Positions 27,309 to 37,641 of a stretch of 64,000 nt of DNA are shown here, in pieces. The DNA is from Vicinamibacterales bacterium (GTDB lineage Bacteria > Acidobacteriota > Vicinamibacteria > Vicinamibacterales > UBA2999). The DNA lies in contig DASUGH010000094.1 of the NCBI GenBank assembly GCA_036274155.1, positions 1,744-65,743 of the forward strand. Direction: 5' to 3'. The position numbers and the translations under genes were made by a program. Every line of letters begins with the position of its first letter. Positions within the stretch are counted from its first letter, which is position 1. The notes beneath the pieces were generated by a model. The model searched no databases. It saw nothing but the letters and a program-made list of their open reading frames with translations, and was not told the origin of the DNA.

Positions 27309-27764
27309 TCAATGCGATGAGAGCAGCTCGTTCAACGCTGTCCTGAGCTCGTTCGGCAGGGCGACGGGGCGCCGGGTGGATCGATCCACGTAAACGTGGA
27401 CGAAGTGTCCCTGGGCAGACGCAAGAGGGTCGTCGTTGCGGAAGAGCCCGATTTCGTACCGGACGCTGCTGGATCCCAGCCGCGCCACTCGAAGCCCGGC
27501 GTGCACCGTGTCTGGAAACGTGATCGGGCTGAAGTAGCTGCACTGCGTTTCGACGACGAGGCCGATCACCCCGCCGCGTTCGATGTCGAGCACGCCCGCG
27601 TCCAGCAAGTACAAGTTCACCACGGTGTCGAAATACGAGTAGTAGACGACGTTGTTGACGTGGCCAAACACGTCGTTGTCCATCCAGCGTGTGGGGATGG
27701 CCCGGAAGTGGCGGTAGGCGTTTCGGGCCTCTGGCGCAGGCTTGCCTGGCGGATCGGATGGCAT
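27309..27764 (-). CDS. acyl-CoA thioesterase (hotdog fold, 4HBT/YbgC-like)
   Basis: The ATG at 27764 gives a 151-aa product. The catalytic-region motif is TRWMDNDVFGHVNNVVYYSYFD. The upstream part of the 272-aa track ORF is Arg/His-rich and overlaps the receptor gene. Confidence 0.8.
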   Translation of the reverse strand: MPSDPPGKPAPEARNAYRHFRAIPTRWMDNDVFGHVNNVVYYSYFDTVVNLYLLDAGVLDIERGGVIGLVVETQCSYFSPITFPDTVHAGLRVARLGSSSVRYEIGLFRNDDPLASAQGHFVHVYVDRSTRRPVALPNELRTALNELLSSH

Positions 27765-27890
27765 AGGGCTTCGATATCCAGCCGCAAGGGATCGGCCGTA
27801 GTCAACCACGAAGGCGCACGCGTGACCGCGCCGCAATTGCCTGTCTAACCTCAGCCGTGAAGTGCTACAGTGAGCCGGCCCGGAGGCTTG

Positions 27891-30800
27891 ATGAGGCTGT
27901 TCGTCGTGGCTGCGTTCGGGGGATGGCTGATGATCCCGTCGCCAGCGATGTCTCAGGCTCGGCTCACCGCGGCCGATCTCGGAGGAACTGTCACGGATCA
28001 ATCGGGTGCGGTTGTGGCCAACGCGACGATCACGGTGACCAACACCGAGACCAACGTGGAACGGACATCCGAAACCGAGTCCGGCGGCCGCTATTCGGTG
28101 CCTGCGCTTCCTCCAGGCAGGTATCACGTGGCCGTGTCGCGTTCGGGATTCACCAGCCAGGTCCGTGAGGACGTCGACCTCTTCGTCGGCGAGTCGGTCA
28201 CCATCGACTTCACGCTGGTCCTTGCGCCTCAGCAGCAGACTGTCACGGTCACGCCCGAGGTGCCGCCGGTGCAGACGAATCGCACCGAGCTGTCAACGCT
28301 CATCAGCCAGCAGCAGATCGACGGCCTGCCGATCAACGGCCGGAACGTCATCGGCTTTTCAGTCATCACGCCAGGCGTTGCGCCGGACCATACGCCGCAG
28401 CAGGGTTCGACGCTGACGTCCGGGCTGTCCTTCGGGGGACAGCGCGCTCGCTCCAACAACATCATGGTCGACGGCCTCGACAACAACGACATCGCCGTCG
28501 GCGCGGTGCGAGCGACGTTCAGCCAGGAAGCGATTCGCGAATTTCAGGTCCTGGCAAACTCGTACTCAGCCGAATTCGGAAAGGCGGCGGGCGGTGTGGT
28601 CAACATCGTCACCAGGAGCGGAACGAACGTCCTACATGGCAACGCGTACTTCTACTTCCGCGACAAGAGCCTCAATGCCCGGAGCCACTTCGAGCAGTTC
28701 GACGTCTTCGGGAATCCGGTGAGCCTCGACAAGGCTCCGTACCGCCAGGCACAGTGGGGCGCCACGGTCGGAGGGCCGATCCGGAAGGACCGAACGTTCT
28801 TCTTCGTGTCCCAGGAGCGCACCGACATCACAGACAACCGGGTCGTCACCATCGACGCGACCGCGGCGTCAGTCCTCGCCAGCGTCGGCTTCCCGGTGCA
28901 GCTTGGCAACGTGCCGTTGGCCGTCATCAACAACGAGGTGCTGGGCAAGATCGATCACCACTGGTCGCCGCTGCATCATCTCGAGTTCCGCGTGAACTAC
29001 GCCGACATCGAACGGGAAGGCGTTGACGACTTCGGCGGCATCGTCGCGCGCAGCCGCGGCACGGTGCAGCTGCGAACGAACTGGTCGGTGTCGGCATCGC
29101 AGACCGACGTGTTGTCGGCACGCTGGGTCAACGAATCCCGGTTTCAGTACGCGTACGAGGATCAGGCAATCAACGCGCTCGACCCTGCCTGCGGCGGCGC
29201 ATGCATCGAACCCGACCAGGGCGGCCCGACGCTCGAGGTCACTGGAGTGGCCAGCGTTGGACGTCAGCGCATCACGCCGAATCAGCGGCTCAACAACCGG
29301 CTTCAGTTCGTCGAGACCGTCAGTTACGTCACTGGAACGCATCATGTGAAGGCAGGTGCGGAGTACAACCACCTCTCGTATCCCGAAGGGGGAAACATGC
29401 TGCCGCTTCACTTCGGCGGCCGCTACATCTTCAGTCCGATTCCTGCACTCGGGGTCGCCACGGCACTGGACGGCGTCAGCCGGGGGATCCCGGCCGCCTA
29501 CGTGCAAGGGTATGGCAATCCCGTGTACGGCCGCTACGGGTATCGGGACGTATCGCTCTTTGCTCAAGACGAATGGAAACGCGGGCGGTTGGTCGTGAAG
29601 CCGGGCATCCGCTATCAGCGTCAATTCTTCGAGGATGCCACGTATACAGTGACGGACGTCGGCGGAGGTACATTCTCCTATCCAACGCCGAGCGACGCCG
29701 ACAACATCGCTCCGCGAATCGGTCTCGCGTACGACCTGACCGGAGATGGACGGACGGTTGTGCATGGCTCGTACGGCATCTTCTACGACAACATCATCTC
29801 CGGCATTCTCAGCGTCGGACGCATCGTCAATGGCTCGTCGGAGGGCGTGCGGACGCTTGTGCTGGCGGCTCCAAGAGCGTCTGTCGCCTGGAGTGCGCCC
29901 GGTCATGCACTCACCGAGAGCCAGGCAGTCGCGCTGCTCGGCTCGTCTTACCCCAGCGTCGCCATCATGCCCGGGCCGACGCTGGAGAATTCCTACGCGC
30001 ACCAGGCAGCGATCGGCGTCGACCGGCTGCTGGCGCCCAATCTGAGTATCAGCGTCAACGGTGTCTACGTGCGCGGCTTTCATCTACCCGGCACGCTGGA
30101 CTACAACCCGGTTCTGGGAGCGACCCTCGGTCCGGGCCGCCGCCCGAACGATCTGCCCTGTTCCGCCAATCCGGCGGCCGTGTGTGTCAACGGCGCGATC
30201 CCGGGGACGTCGGCCTCGGTGCTTCAATACACGTCGTTCGGCGAGAGCTGGTATCAAGGGTTGACGGTGGCGCTGAGCAAGCGGTTCGATCGGAACTATC
30301 AGTTCCTCCTGTCCTACACGTTATCGAAAGCCGAAGACACCTCCACCGACTTCCAGACGAATTTTCTCCCTCAGAACAGCGGCTTTGGCCGCGACCCCGC
30401 GAACGCCTTCGGGCTGCCTCGTGGCTTCGACCCCGACTCCGAGCGCGGACCAGCCACGCAGGACCAGCGCCACCGTTTGGTGCTGTCAGGTATCTACGAG
30501 CTTCCGCACGCGATCCAGCTCTCCGGCATCCTCTCGGCGGCGTCCGGACGGCCGTTCACGCCGCTGGCCGGCCAGGATCTCAACCTCGATGGGAATGGCG
30601 GCGCGTTTCCCCCCGACCGCGCCCGTGTCGACCCGCTCGACGAGTCCACCAGCGTCGGCCGGAACAGCGGAACGACGGCCAATCAGTTCACCGTCGACCT
30701 GCGCTTCAGCAAGAAGTTCACGATCGCGCGAAACACTGCGGTCATGGCGATCGTCGAAGCGTTCAACGTCTTCAATCGGGTCAACTTCTACGAAGACACC

Positions 30801-30926
30801 AACCAGTCGTCGTTCGTCATCTTCGGGCCGGGCGCCTACCCGTCGAACCCGTTGCCCACGTACGGGAAGTACACGTTGACGTTGCCGCCACGGCAGGTTC
30901 AGATCGCGGCCAAATTCAGCTTCTGA
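27891..30926 (+). CDS. TonB-dependent outer-membrane receptor with carboxypeptidase-regulatory-like N-terminal domain
   Basis: A GGAGG RBS precedes the start. Signal peptide. The CarboxypepD_reg module is GTVTDQSGAVVANATITVTNTETNVERTSETESGGRYSVPALPPGRYHVAV. A plug-like region follows (DGLPINGRN, FGGQRARSNNIMVDGLDNND). It is a long beta-barrel with a terminal ...AAKFSF. Confidence 0.8.
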   Translation: MRLFVVAAFGGWLMIPSPAMSQARLTAADLGGTVTDQSGAVVANATITVTNTETNVERTSETESGGRYSVPALPPGRYHVAVSRSGFTSQVREDVDLFVGESVTIDFTLVLAPQQQTVTVTPEVPPVQTNRTELSTLISQQQIDGLPINGRNVIGFSVITPGVAPDHTPQQGSTLTSGLSFGGQRARSNNIMVDGLDNNDIAVGAVRATFSQEAIREFQVLANSYSAEFGKAAGGVVNIVTRSGTNVLHGNAYFYFRDKSLNARSHFEQFDVFGNPVSLDKAPYRQAQWGATVGGPIRKDRTFFFVSQERTDITDNRVVTIDATAASVLASVGFPVQLGNVPLAVINNEVLGKIDHHWSPLHHLEFRVNYADIEREGVDDFGGIVARSRGTVQLRTNWSVSASQTDVLSARWVNESRFQYAYEDQAINALDPACGGACIEPDQGGPTLEVTGVASVGRQRITPNQRLNNRLQFVETVSYVTGTHHVKAGAEYNHLSYPEGGNMLPLHFGGRYIFSPIPALGVATALDGVSRGIPAAYVQGYGNPVYGRYGYRDVSLFAQDEWKRGRLVVKPGIRYQRQFFEDATYTVTDVGGGTFSYPTPSDADNIAPRIGLAYDLTGDGRTVVHGSYGIFYDNIISGILSVGRIVNGSSEGVRTLVLAAPRASVAWSAPGHALTESQAVALLGSSYPSVAIMPGPTLENSYAHQAAIGVDRLLAPNLSISVNGVYVRGFHLPGTLDYNPVLGATLGPGRRPNDLPCSANPAAVCVNGAIPGTSASVLQYTSFGESWYQGLTVALSKRFDRNYQFLLSYTLSKAEDTSTDFQTNFLPQNSGFGRDPANAFGLPRGFDPDSERGPATQDQRHRLVLSGIYELPHAIQLSGILSAASGRPFTPLAGQDLNLDGNGGAFPPDRARVDPLDESTSVGRNSGTTANQFTVDLRFSKKFTIARNTAVMAIVEAFNVFNRVNFYEDTNQSSFVIFGPGAYPSNPLPTYGKYTLTLPPRQVQIAAKFSF

Positions 30927-30950
30927 CGCGTCCCCTCTCGATCCAGTCCC

Positions 30951-33900
30951 TCACCGGAGCGCGTTCAACAGCGTCTGCGCCTCTCTCAGGTCGGCGGTAC
31001 TGAATCCTTCGGTGAACGAGCTGTAGGTGCCACCGAGCAGCGCAACCGCCTGCTCCGACTTGTTTTGACCGTGCCACAGGCGGGCAAGACTGGTCGCCGC
31101 CCGCAGCTCGAGCGACCGGGCGCGCTGGCGTCTCGCGATGTCAAGCGCCTGCGTGAAACACGATTCGGCGTTTGACGCACCCGATGGACCGCCGCGCATC
31201 ACGAAGAGTTCGCCGCGGACCCGCTGCAGTTCGGCGTCGAAGAAGGCGGCCTCCCGGAGCTCCGTCAGTTCCGTCAACAGGAGATTGGCTCCTTCGTCCC
31301 ACTTTCCCCCACGCGCGAGCAGCAACGCGAAATCGCCGGCAAAGCGGCGCTGACTGGCGCGCCCTTCGATGGCGGACAGTCGTTCCCAGCCCTCTCTCAA
31401 TCGCACGAGCCCTTCGTCGATCGAACCGCGCGCGGCACGCACGAGCCCTTCCAGGCACATGCTCGTGGCGACGAAATAGGCGAAGCCCTCTTTCGTCGCC
31501 AATGCCAGTGCGTCCTTGTTGTGTCTCTCGAGTTGATCCCAGTCGCCGCTCCAATGGTCCAGGGCGCTCACGAACGTCAGCGCGTAGGCGCTCGTGTAGC
31601 CATGCGCCACCTCACCGGCCAATCGCAGGCTCTCTTCGATCTCCCGGCGGGCCCGATCGGGATACCCCAGAAACCACTGTGACCACGCGAGATACGTGTG
31701 GACGCCGACGAGCGGGTCGAAGCCGTAGGTGATGCACATGGCGCGGCGCTGTTCCGCGTCGACCTCGCCGGTCGAGCGTTCGCAGACCTCTGCCGCGGTG
31801 GCGAAGTGTCCGCGATAGTAGTGCACTGCTCCAGCACTGGCCACCCAATTGAGGGCGAGCGCCGAATCCTTGCTGTGACCTGCCAGCTGACCGACGCTGT
31901 TACAGTTCTGCTGCGCCGCATCCATTTGAAGCCGGACGATGTTGTATGCGTAAACCCCGCGAAGAACACGGGCGAGTGCCTCGCTCTCTCCGAATTCCCG
32001 ACAGAGGACACTGGCCCGGTCGTAGATTTCCTGCACGTCACGGCTCGAGTAGCCTCGAGCAGCTGTCGCAGGCACGCCCATAATGAGCAGCACGGCCAGC
32101 ACACGGCGCCGCACCTCGGCGCTATCGGGCAGTGCACTCAACTGATCCAACGCCCGCCGGCCCAGCGTCAGCGCTTCTTCGTACGCCAGGACGTCAGCGG
32201 CCTTCCTGGCCGCCACGCGAAAGTAGTCGGCAGCGCGGGAGAAGTCGCGACCCGACTCGTACAGAACGGCCAGCTCCGATGCGATGTCGTTGGATCTGTC
32301 GCGGTAAAAGGACTCGAGAGCCGCGGCCACGGCGCGACTGAGCGCGGTCTTCCGTGCCGGTGTCAGCGAGGCGTACAACCGGTTCTGATAGAGGACATGT
32401 ACAAATCGATAGCGCAGGGTCAACGTGCGATCCGGAAACTGCTGCTCGCGCACACGTCGCACAAAGCCATGCACGCGATCGAGCGCGTCGAGTTCGTCCT
32501 CGACGTCGGCCGGGTCGAGGTGCAGGACTTCGGCGACCACGGCACCCTCGAATTCGTACCCTTGGACGCTGGCGGCGATGAGCATTCGACGTCTGTTCTC
32601 GTCGAGCACGTCGATCTTCCGCTGAATCATGCTGCGGACCGATTCGGGTAGATCGCTGGCGATGTCGGGCACCGACCGGGTGAGCGTCCATTGTCCCTTG
32701 TCCCGACTGAGCAGCTTCTGCTCGGCGAGGTAGCTCAGCACGGCCACCATGAACAGTGGATTGCCCTCGGTCTTGGCGTGAATCATGTCGAGGAAGCGGC
32801 GCGGGAAGCAGTGCGAGGGGAAGGTCGCGTCGACGTATTGAAGTGTTTCTTCTCGCGTCAGAAACCCCAATTCCACACTGCGGCAGAGACCGCGGCTCTG
32901 CAGATCACGTGTCATCGAGAGAAACGGATGGTGCTGCGCGTGCAGTTCCTCGGGCCGATACGCCACGATGATCAGCACGGGCAATCCGTCGAGGTGCCTC
33001 GTCACGTAGTTGAGGACATCGACCGTGGAGATATCGCTCCAATGCACGTCGTCGAAGAAGAAGACGATGGGGTGCTGGCGGGACGCCTCGGTGAGGAAGG
33101 CGACCACCTCGCGCTTGAGTCGTTCCTGTGTCCCGCTCCTGGCATCGCGCACGACCCCGCTCCATGAGGAGTCCTGGACCGAACTCGACGCCACCTGCAC
33201 GTACCAGAGCGGAGCGACCGATTTCATCAGCCGCGCCAATGTCCCGTCGCCTCGCACCAGTTCTTCCAGGGCGTCCAGCAGCGGCAGATACGCTTCAGTG
33301 CCTGCCAGCCGCTCCGAACAGCGGCCGCGCGCGATGGCGGGAATCGGGGTCTCCTCGACGACTTCCGCGAGAAACTCATCGACGAGCGTGCTCTTGCCGA
33401 TCCCGGGTTCGCCCGACACACACAGCAGCAAGCCGGAGCCCTCTCGCACGTGGGCGAGCGCTTCGTGTAGTTCACGACGCGCGTTTCCCCGGCCGACCAG
33501 AGTCCGCCTCGCAGCCGTCGTCGTGGCAACGGTGCGGCCCGGTCTCGACGTGAACGGCCGGTTGACGTCGGCGAGCGTGGCCGCCACTTCCGATGCCGCG
33601 GGACGCAGATCGGCGTCCTTCTGGAGCATCCGCAGCAAGAGCCCTTCGAGGTTTCCGGAGAGCTCCACGTTGACGCGCGACGGAGGAACCGGAGCTTGCG
33701 CGAGAATGGCGTGCAGCACTCCGTAATGCGATTCCGCTTCGAACGGATGCTGGCCGGTCGCCAGCTCGTAGAGCACGAGGCCGAGCGAGAAGATGTCGGA
33801 TGCCGGCCCGACAACGTCGGCGGTTGCCTGCTCGGGCGACATGTACCTGTGCGTGCCGAGGATTGTTCGTTGTCCAGTTTCGAAGGTTGTCGAGACCGTC

Positions 33901-34379
33901 GAAGACCGGTCTACCGGCTGCGTCAGACGGGCCAGCCCGAAGTCCAGGACCTTCACATAGCCGTCGTCACGCACCATGATGTTTTCCGGCTTCACGTCAC
34001 GATGCACGATGCCGGCGGCATGCGCCACCGATAGCGCTTCGGCCGTCTGACGCCCCCAACTGACGAGTCGTTCGATGCCGACCGGCTGGCCGGTCAGCGC
34101 CCGGAGGCGTTGCCCCCGCACCAGCTCCATCGCAATGAAGGGACCGCAGACGTCTTCACCCGCCTCGAAGACGGTCACGATGTTGGGGTGATTCAGCGCC
34201 GACGCCGCGCGGGATTCACGGAAGAAACGCTCGATCGCGTACGGATCGTCCTGTTTCTTGAGCAGCTTGAGGGCAACTTCCCGACCCAGGCGCTCGTCGA
34301 GCGCTCGATACACGACGCCCATACCGCCTTCGCCCAGCACGCCCAGGACGCGGTAGCGCCCGATCACTTCGTGGGTCAC
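30951..34379 (-). CDS. Ser/Thr kinase - STAND/AAA ATPase - TPR-like repeat protein (PknK-like architecture)
   Basis: The N-terminal kinase has GEGGMGVVYRA, HRDVKPENIM, DFGLAR and RYMSPEQ. Walker A is GEPGIGKST and Walker B is IVFFFDDVHWSD. The ~500-aa C-terminal region is helical-repeat. No TM helix. Confidence 0.85.
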   Translation of the reverse strand: MTHEVIGRYRVLGVLGEGGMGVVYRALDERLGREVALKLLKKQDDPYAIERFFRESRAASALNHPNIVTVFEAGEDVCGPFIAMELVRGQRLRALTGQPVGIERLVSWGRQTAEALSVAHAAGIVHRDVKPENIMVRDDGYVKVLDFGLARLTQPVDRSSTVSTTFETGQRTILGTHRYMSPEQATADVVGPASDIFSLGLVLYELATGQHPFEAESHYGVLHAILAQAPVPPSRVNVELSGNLEGLLLRMLQKDADLRPAASEVAATLADVNRPFTSRPGRTVATTTAARRTLVGRGNARRELHEALAHVREGSGLLLCVSGEPGIGKSTLVDEFLAEVVEETPIPAIARGRCSERLAGTEAYLPLLDALEELVRGDGTLARLMKSVAPLWYVQVASSSVQDSSWSGVVRDARSGTQERLKREVVAFLTEASRQHPIVFFFDDVHWSDISTVDVLNYVTRHLDGLPVLIIVAYRPEELHAQHHPFLSMTRDLQSRGLCRSVELGFLTREETLQYVDATFPSHCFPRRFLDMIHAKTEGNPLFMVAVLSYLAEQKLLSRDKGQWTLTRSVPDIASDLPESVRSMIQRKIDVLDENRRRMLIAASVQGYEFEGAVVAEVLHLDPADVEDELDALDRVHGFVRRVREQQFPDRTLTLRYRFVHVLYQNRLYASLTPARKTALSRAVAAALESFYRDRSNDIASELAVLYESGRDFSRAADYFRVAARKAADVLAYEEALTLGRRALDQLSALPDSAEVRRRVLAVLLIMGVPATAARGYSSRDVQEIYDRASVLCREFGESEALARVLRGVYAYNIVRLQMDAAQQNCNSVGQLAGHSKDSALALNWVASAGAVHYYRGHFATAAEVCERSTGEVDAEQRRAMCITYGFDPLVGVHTYLAWSQWFLGYPDRARREIEESLRLAGEVAHGYTSAYALTFVSALDHWSGDWDQLERHNKDALALATKEGFAYFVATSMCLEGLVRAARGSIDEGLVRLREGWERLSAIEGRASQRRFAGDFALLLARGGKWDEGANLLLTELTELREAAFFDAELQRVRGELFVMRGGPSGASNAESCFTQALDIARRQRARSLELRAATSLARLWHGQNKSEQAVALLGGTYSSFTEGFSTADLREAQTLLNALR

Positions 34380-34495
34380 GGTGCCCCTCGGAGTACTTCC
34401 GACGATCGTGTAAGGACCGTATATTACCGCCCCGGGTTACAGCCCCGGCGCGCTCGGCGCGGAAGGGTGGGCGGCGCCGAAGGCGTTCGCGGCTT

Positions 34496-35803
34496 TCACA
34501 CTCGAGTGCCGGTTGAATCGAGGTCGGTCAGCTCGCGCCCTGCCGTTTCGGGCAGCAGGAAGGTGGCGAGGATGGCGCAGAGCTGGGCGGTCACGCTCAT
34601 GACGACCATCCCCGTGGAAATGCGCGTGTAGGCCGCCACCATCGCCACACCCTGGATGAACAGCGCGCTGGCGGCGCGGCCGAAGTTGTAGGCGAACGAC
34701 TGCCCCGTCGCCCGCACTTCCGTGGGAAAGAGCTCGGTGAAATATGGGCCGAACGAGGCGTAGATGCCGAACTGGAAGAAGCCGTAGACGAAACCGGCGG
34801 GCAGCAGGGTGAAGGCTGAATTGCCCAGCGGCAGAAAGATGTAGAGATTCACCGCCACGATGTATCCGATCGCGAAATAGCGGAAGGCCCGCCGCCGTCC
34901 TATCCGATCGCTCACATAGGCGTTGGTGAGAAATCCGAAAAAGCCGCCGAGACTGTTGAACAACACATAGATGCCGGCGGCTGAAAGAGACAGGCCGCGC
35001 TCCTGGCTCAGGAACGTCGTGAGGTAATTGCTCACCGCGAAGCCCGCGCCCTGCGCGCCGAGGGCGAGCAGGCAGGCCAGCGCGGTCAGCCGGCGCAGCT
35101 TCGGCTGAAAGATCGCTACCGGCAGGAAGGTGCGGCCGTGTTTCTGCGCCCGTGCCCTGGCCCGCTTGTAGATCTCGGCGTCGTCGTCCTCGCGGCGTAC
35201 GAAGAAGACGAGCAGCGCTGGCAGCACGCCGATCCAGAACGCGAAGCGCCAGCCCAGAGCAACAGGCAGCATTGCCGCCACCGGCCCGGCAAGCAGCGCC
35301 GCGAGAGCCGAGCCCGGGCCCGCTGCGCTCTGCACCGCGCCGAGCGCCTTACCGCGATGCGCGGGAGCGACGAGCTCGCCCAGCAGCACCGCACCGACCG
35401 CCCACTCGGCGCCGAACCCGAAGCCCTGCAAGGTGCGCAGCACCAGAAGCTGGGTGTAGTCCTGAGCGAAGCCGGAGAGGAAGGAGAAGATGGAGAACCA
35501 CAGGATCGTCACCTGCAGCACGCGGGCGCGGCCGTAACGGTCGGCCAGCCAGCCGCCGGTCCAACCACCGATGGCGGCGGAGAAATAGTTGGCGCTGGCG
35601 ATCGAGCCAGCCTGGGCCAGCGTCAAGCCGAGCCCGGCGATGATCGCCGGAATCAGATACTGGTAGACGAACCCGTCCATGGAATCGAGGCCCCAGGCCA
35701 CGGCGCAGGTCCAGAACACCCGCCGCACCTTGGGCGTCGACTGCCGGTACCAGCCGGTCAGCGACCGATCCACCTTCACTGGTTCCACTGAAATGTCCGT
35801 CAC
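34496..35803 (-). CDS. MFS transporter (metabolite:H+ symporter-like)
   Basis: About 12 hydrophobic segments. The MFS loop 2-3 motif is GWLADRYGRARV. 435 aa. Confidence 0.85.
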   Translation of the reverse strand: MTDISVEPVKVDRSLTGWYRQSTPKVRRVFWTCAVAWGLDSMDGFVYQYLIPAIIAGLGLTLAQAGSIASANYFSAAIGGWTGGWLADRYGRARVLQVTILWFSIFSFLSGFAQDYTQLLVLRTLQGFGFGAEWAVGAVLLGELVAPAHRGKALGAVQSAAGPGSALAALLAGPVAAMLPVALGWRFAFWIGVLPALLVFFVRREDDDAEIYKRARARAQKHGRTFLPVAIFQPKLRRLTALACLLALGAQGAGFAVSNYLTTFLSQERGLSLSAAGIYVLFNSLGGFFGFLTNAYVSDRIGRRRAFRYFAIGYIVAVNLYIFLPLGNSAFTLLPAGFVYGFFQFGIYASFGPYFTELFPTEVRATGQSFAYNFGRAASALFIQGVAMVAAYTRISTGMVVMSVTAQLCAILATFLLPETAGRELTDLDSTGTRV

Positions 35804-35859
35804 AGCTACCTGTCCCCGGCCGGATCAGCTCTCCGGTCTGTTCTCGCGGATGCCTGAGG

Positions 35860-36660
35860 TTACACAGTGGGATTCGCGCCGCCGTCGACGCGGATGTTGG
35901 CGCCGTTGATGAAGCCGGCCCGCGGACTGGCAAGGAAGGCGATCAGGTCCGCCAGTTCCTCCACGCGGGCGACACGGCCGAGCGGATTGGGCCGCATCTC
36001 GGTGGCAAAGCGATGTTCCCAGTCCGGCATGTCGCCGCTCCATCCGCGGGTTCTGGCGATGTCACGGATCCACCGCTCCAGCATCGGCGTGAGCACCGGC
36101 CCTGGAGTGATCGTGTTGACGGTGATGCCAGTGCCCGCCAGCACTTTTGCCAGGCCGGCGCTGAAAACAGCGACCGCGGCCTTGGTGCCGCCGTAGGCCA
36201 CGGTCGTGTCGCTCGGCATCATCGCGCCGATGCTCGACATCTGGATGATGCGACCCCATCGCCGCGCCCGCATCGGCGGCAGGAGGTGCTTCACCATTCG
36301 CACGATCGACGCGACGTTCCTGTCGTACTGATCGATCCAGGCGGCCGCGTCGAGGTTGTCCCAATCGTCCATGCGGAAGGCGGCGGCGTTGTTGATCAGA
36401 ATGTCGATCGGACCAAAGGCCGCAAGGGCTGCGTTCGCTGCCTGCTCCGCACCTTCATCGTTCGACAGGTCGCCGAGCGCGGCGCTTGCCTTCCCGCCGT
36501 CAGCCGAAATGGCGGCGACGACACGTTCGGCCTCGGCCGCCCGTCGCCCGTGCACCACAACGGCGGCGCCTTCCCGCGCCAGCCGCCGCGCAGTCGCCTC
36601 GCCGATGCCACCGGTGGATCCGGTGACGAGGGCGACCCTGCCGTGCAGCTCCAGGTCCAT
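35860..36660 (-). CDS. SDR-family oxidoreductase
   Basis: Cofactor-binding motif is ALVTGSTGGIG. NNAA motif (LINNAAAF). Catalytic Y..K context is YGGTKAAV. 266 aa. Confidence 0.9.
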   Translation of the reverse strand: MDLELHGRVALVTGSTGGIGEATARRLAREGAAVVVHGRRAAEAERVVAAISADGGKASAALGDLSNDEGAEQAANAALAAFGPIDILINNAAAFRMDDWDNLDAAAWIDQYDRNVASIVRMVKHLLPPMRARRWGRIIQMSSIGAMMPSDTTVAYGGTKAAVAVFSAGLAKVLAGTGITVNTITPGPVLTPMLERWIRDIARTRGWSGDMPDWEHRFATEMRPNPLGRVARVEELADLIAFLASPRAGFINGANIRVDGGANPTV

Positions 36661-36661
36661 G

Positions 36662-37612
36662 TCAGGAGCGCACCGCGGGCGGGGCGATTCCCATCAGGGT
36701 GCAGGCATTGAGCGAGATCAACTTGCGGATGTCTTCCTTGCCGTAGCCGATTCCCAGAAGAAGCAGAATCACCGACCGGAAGCTCGCCACGGGCCTTGGA
36801 TTGTTGATCTGTCCGAGGTCGGATCCCAGGATGGTGCGGTCGACGCCGGCCGCCGTGATCAGCGCCTTCAGATCCTCACCGGTGAAGAACTTCGAATAGG
36901 CCTCGTTGATGAACATGCAGAAGGAATGCTCGATCCAGACCCCCATCTGTGCCAGCTCCCTGATGTCGGCGACGCTGGCGTCGATCGCGAAGGTGGGATG
37001 GTTCACCAGCATCCGCTTCACGCCGCGTGCCCTGGCCTCCTCGAACAGCGGCCACATCTCGCTGATGTGCAGGTGCCCGCCCGACAGCACCGCGTCGTGT
37101 GCGGCGATGAGGTCCAGAATCTGTTTGACCTCGTCCTTCAATTCGCCGCGGTCGCTGACGATCGTGATCCCGGTGGGCGGGAGCATCCTGCTCTTGGTCG
37201 GCAGGATGGTGTGCCGGTGGCCCTGGCGGATATGGTTGGCGGCGCTGAAGGTCGGCATCCAGACCATCCGCGCCCCCAGCTGCAGTCCGTGCTCGACGGC
37301 ATAGGGATTGAGCCCGCCGGTGGAATTGTTGAGCGGCACGCCGGTGAACATCGTGATGTGGATGTCGCTGATCTCTTTGAGCAGTGCCACCACCGGCGTC
37401 ACCGAGTAGTAATGATCCTTGAACAGGATGGCGTGCATGCCCGCGGCCTCGGCGTCGCGGATCGCCTCCAGGTGATTGAGGCATCGCGGCATGACCGACG
37501 GACCGCTGTGACAATGCAGGTCTACGGCGCCGTGCATCAGGTCGGCAATCTCTGCTTCCGGAACGTCGGGATAGAAGTCGACGACCGGCGTCTTGTCCCT
37601 GGGTATCGGCAT
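36662..37612 (-). CDS. HxH metal-dependent hydrolase-like protein (amidohydrolase/PHP-like; possibly DUF6282 family), cytoplasmic paralogue
   Basis: Motifs are AVDLHCHSGPS (HxH), AILFKDHYY, GGLNPYAVEHGLQLGARMVWMPT, SGGHL, VNHP and LGSDLGQ. Its stop is 1 nt from the SDR start. No signal peptide. Confidence 0.55.
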   Translation of the reverse strand: MPIPRDKTPVVDFYPDVPEAEIADLMHGAVDLHCHSGPSVMPRCLNHLEAIRDAEAAGMHAILFKDHYYSVTPVVALLKEISDIHITMFTGVPLNNSTGGLNPYAVEHGLQLGARMVWMPTFSAANHIRQGHRHTILPTKSRMLPPTGITIVSDRGELKDEVKQILDLIAAHDAVLSGGHLHISEMWPLFEEARARGVKRMLVNHPTFAIDASVADIRELAQMGVWIEHSFCMFINEAYSKFFTGEDLKALITAAGVDRTILGSDLGQINNPRPVASFRSVILLLLGIGYGKEDIRKLISLNACTLMGIAPPAVRS

Positions 37613-37641
37613 CGATTCGTCCTCGTGGTCCGCTAAACCCT

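Noticed and set aside
27309-28127. Full 272-aa version of the thioesterase ORF overlapping the TonB-receptor gene start.
   Set aside because: The N-terminal 120 aa are Arg/His/Gly-rich and overlap the divergent receptor gene and its RBS. The hotdog domain starts right after the internal ATG at 27764.
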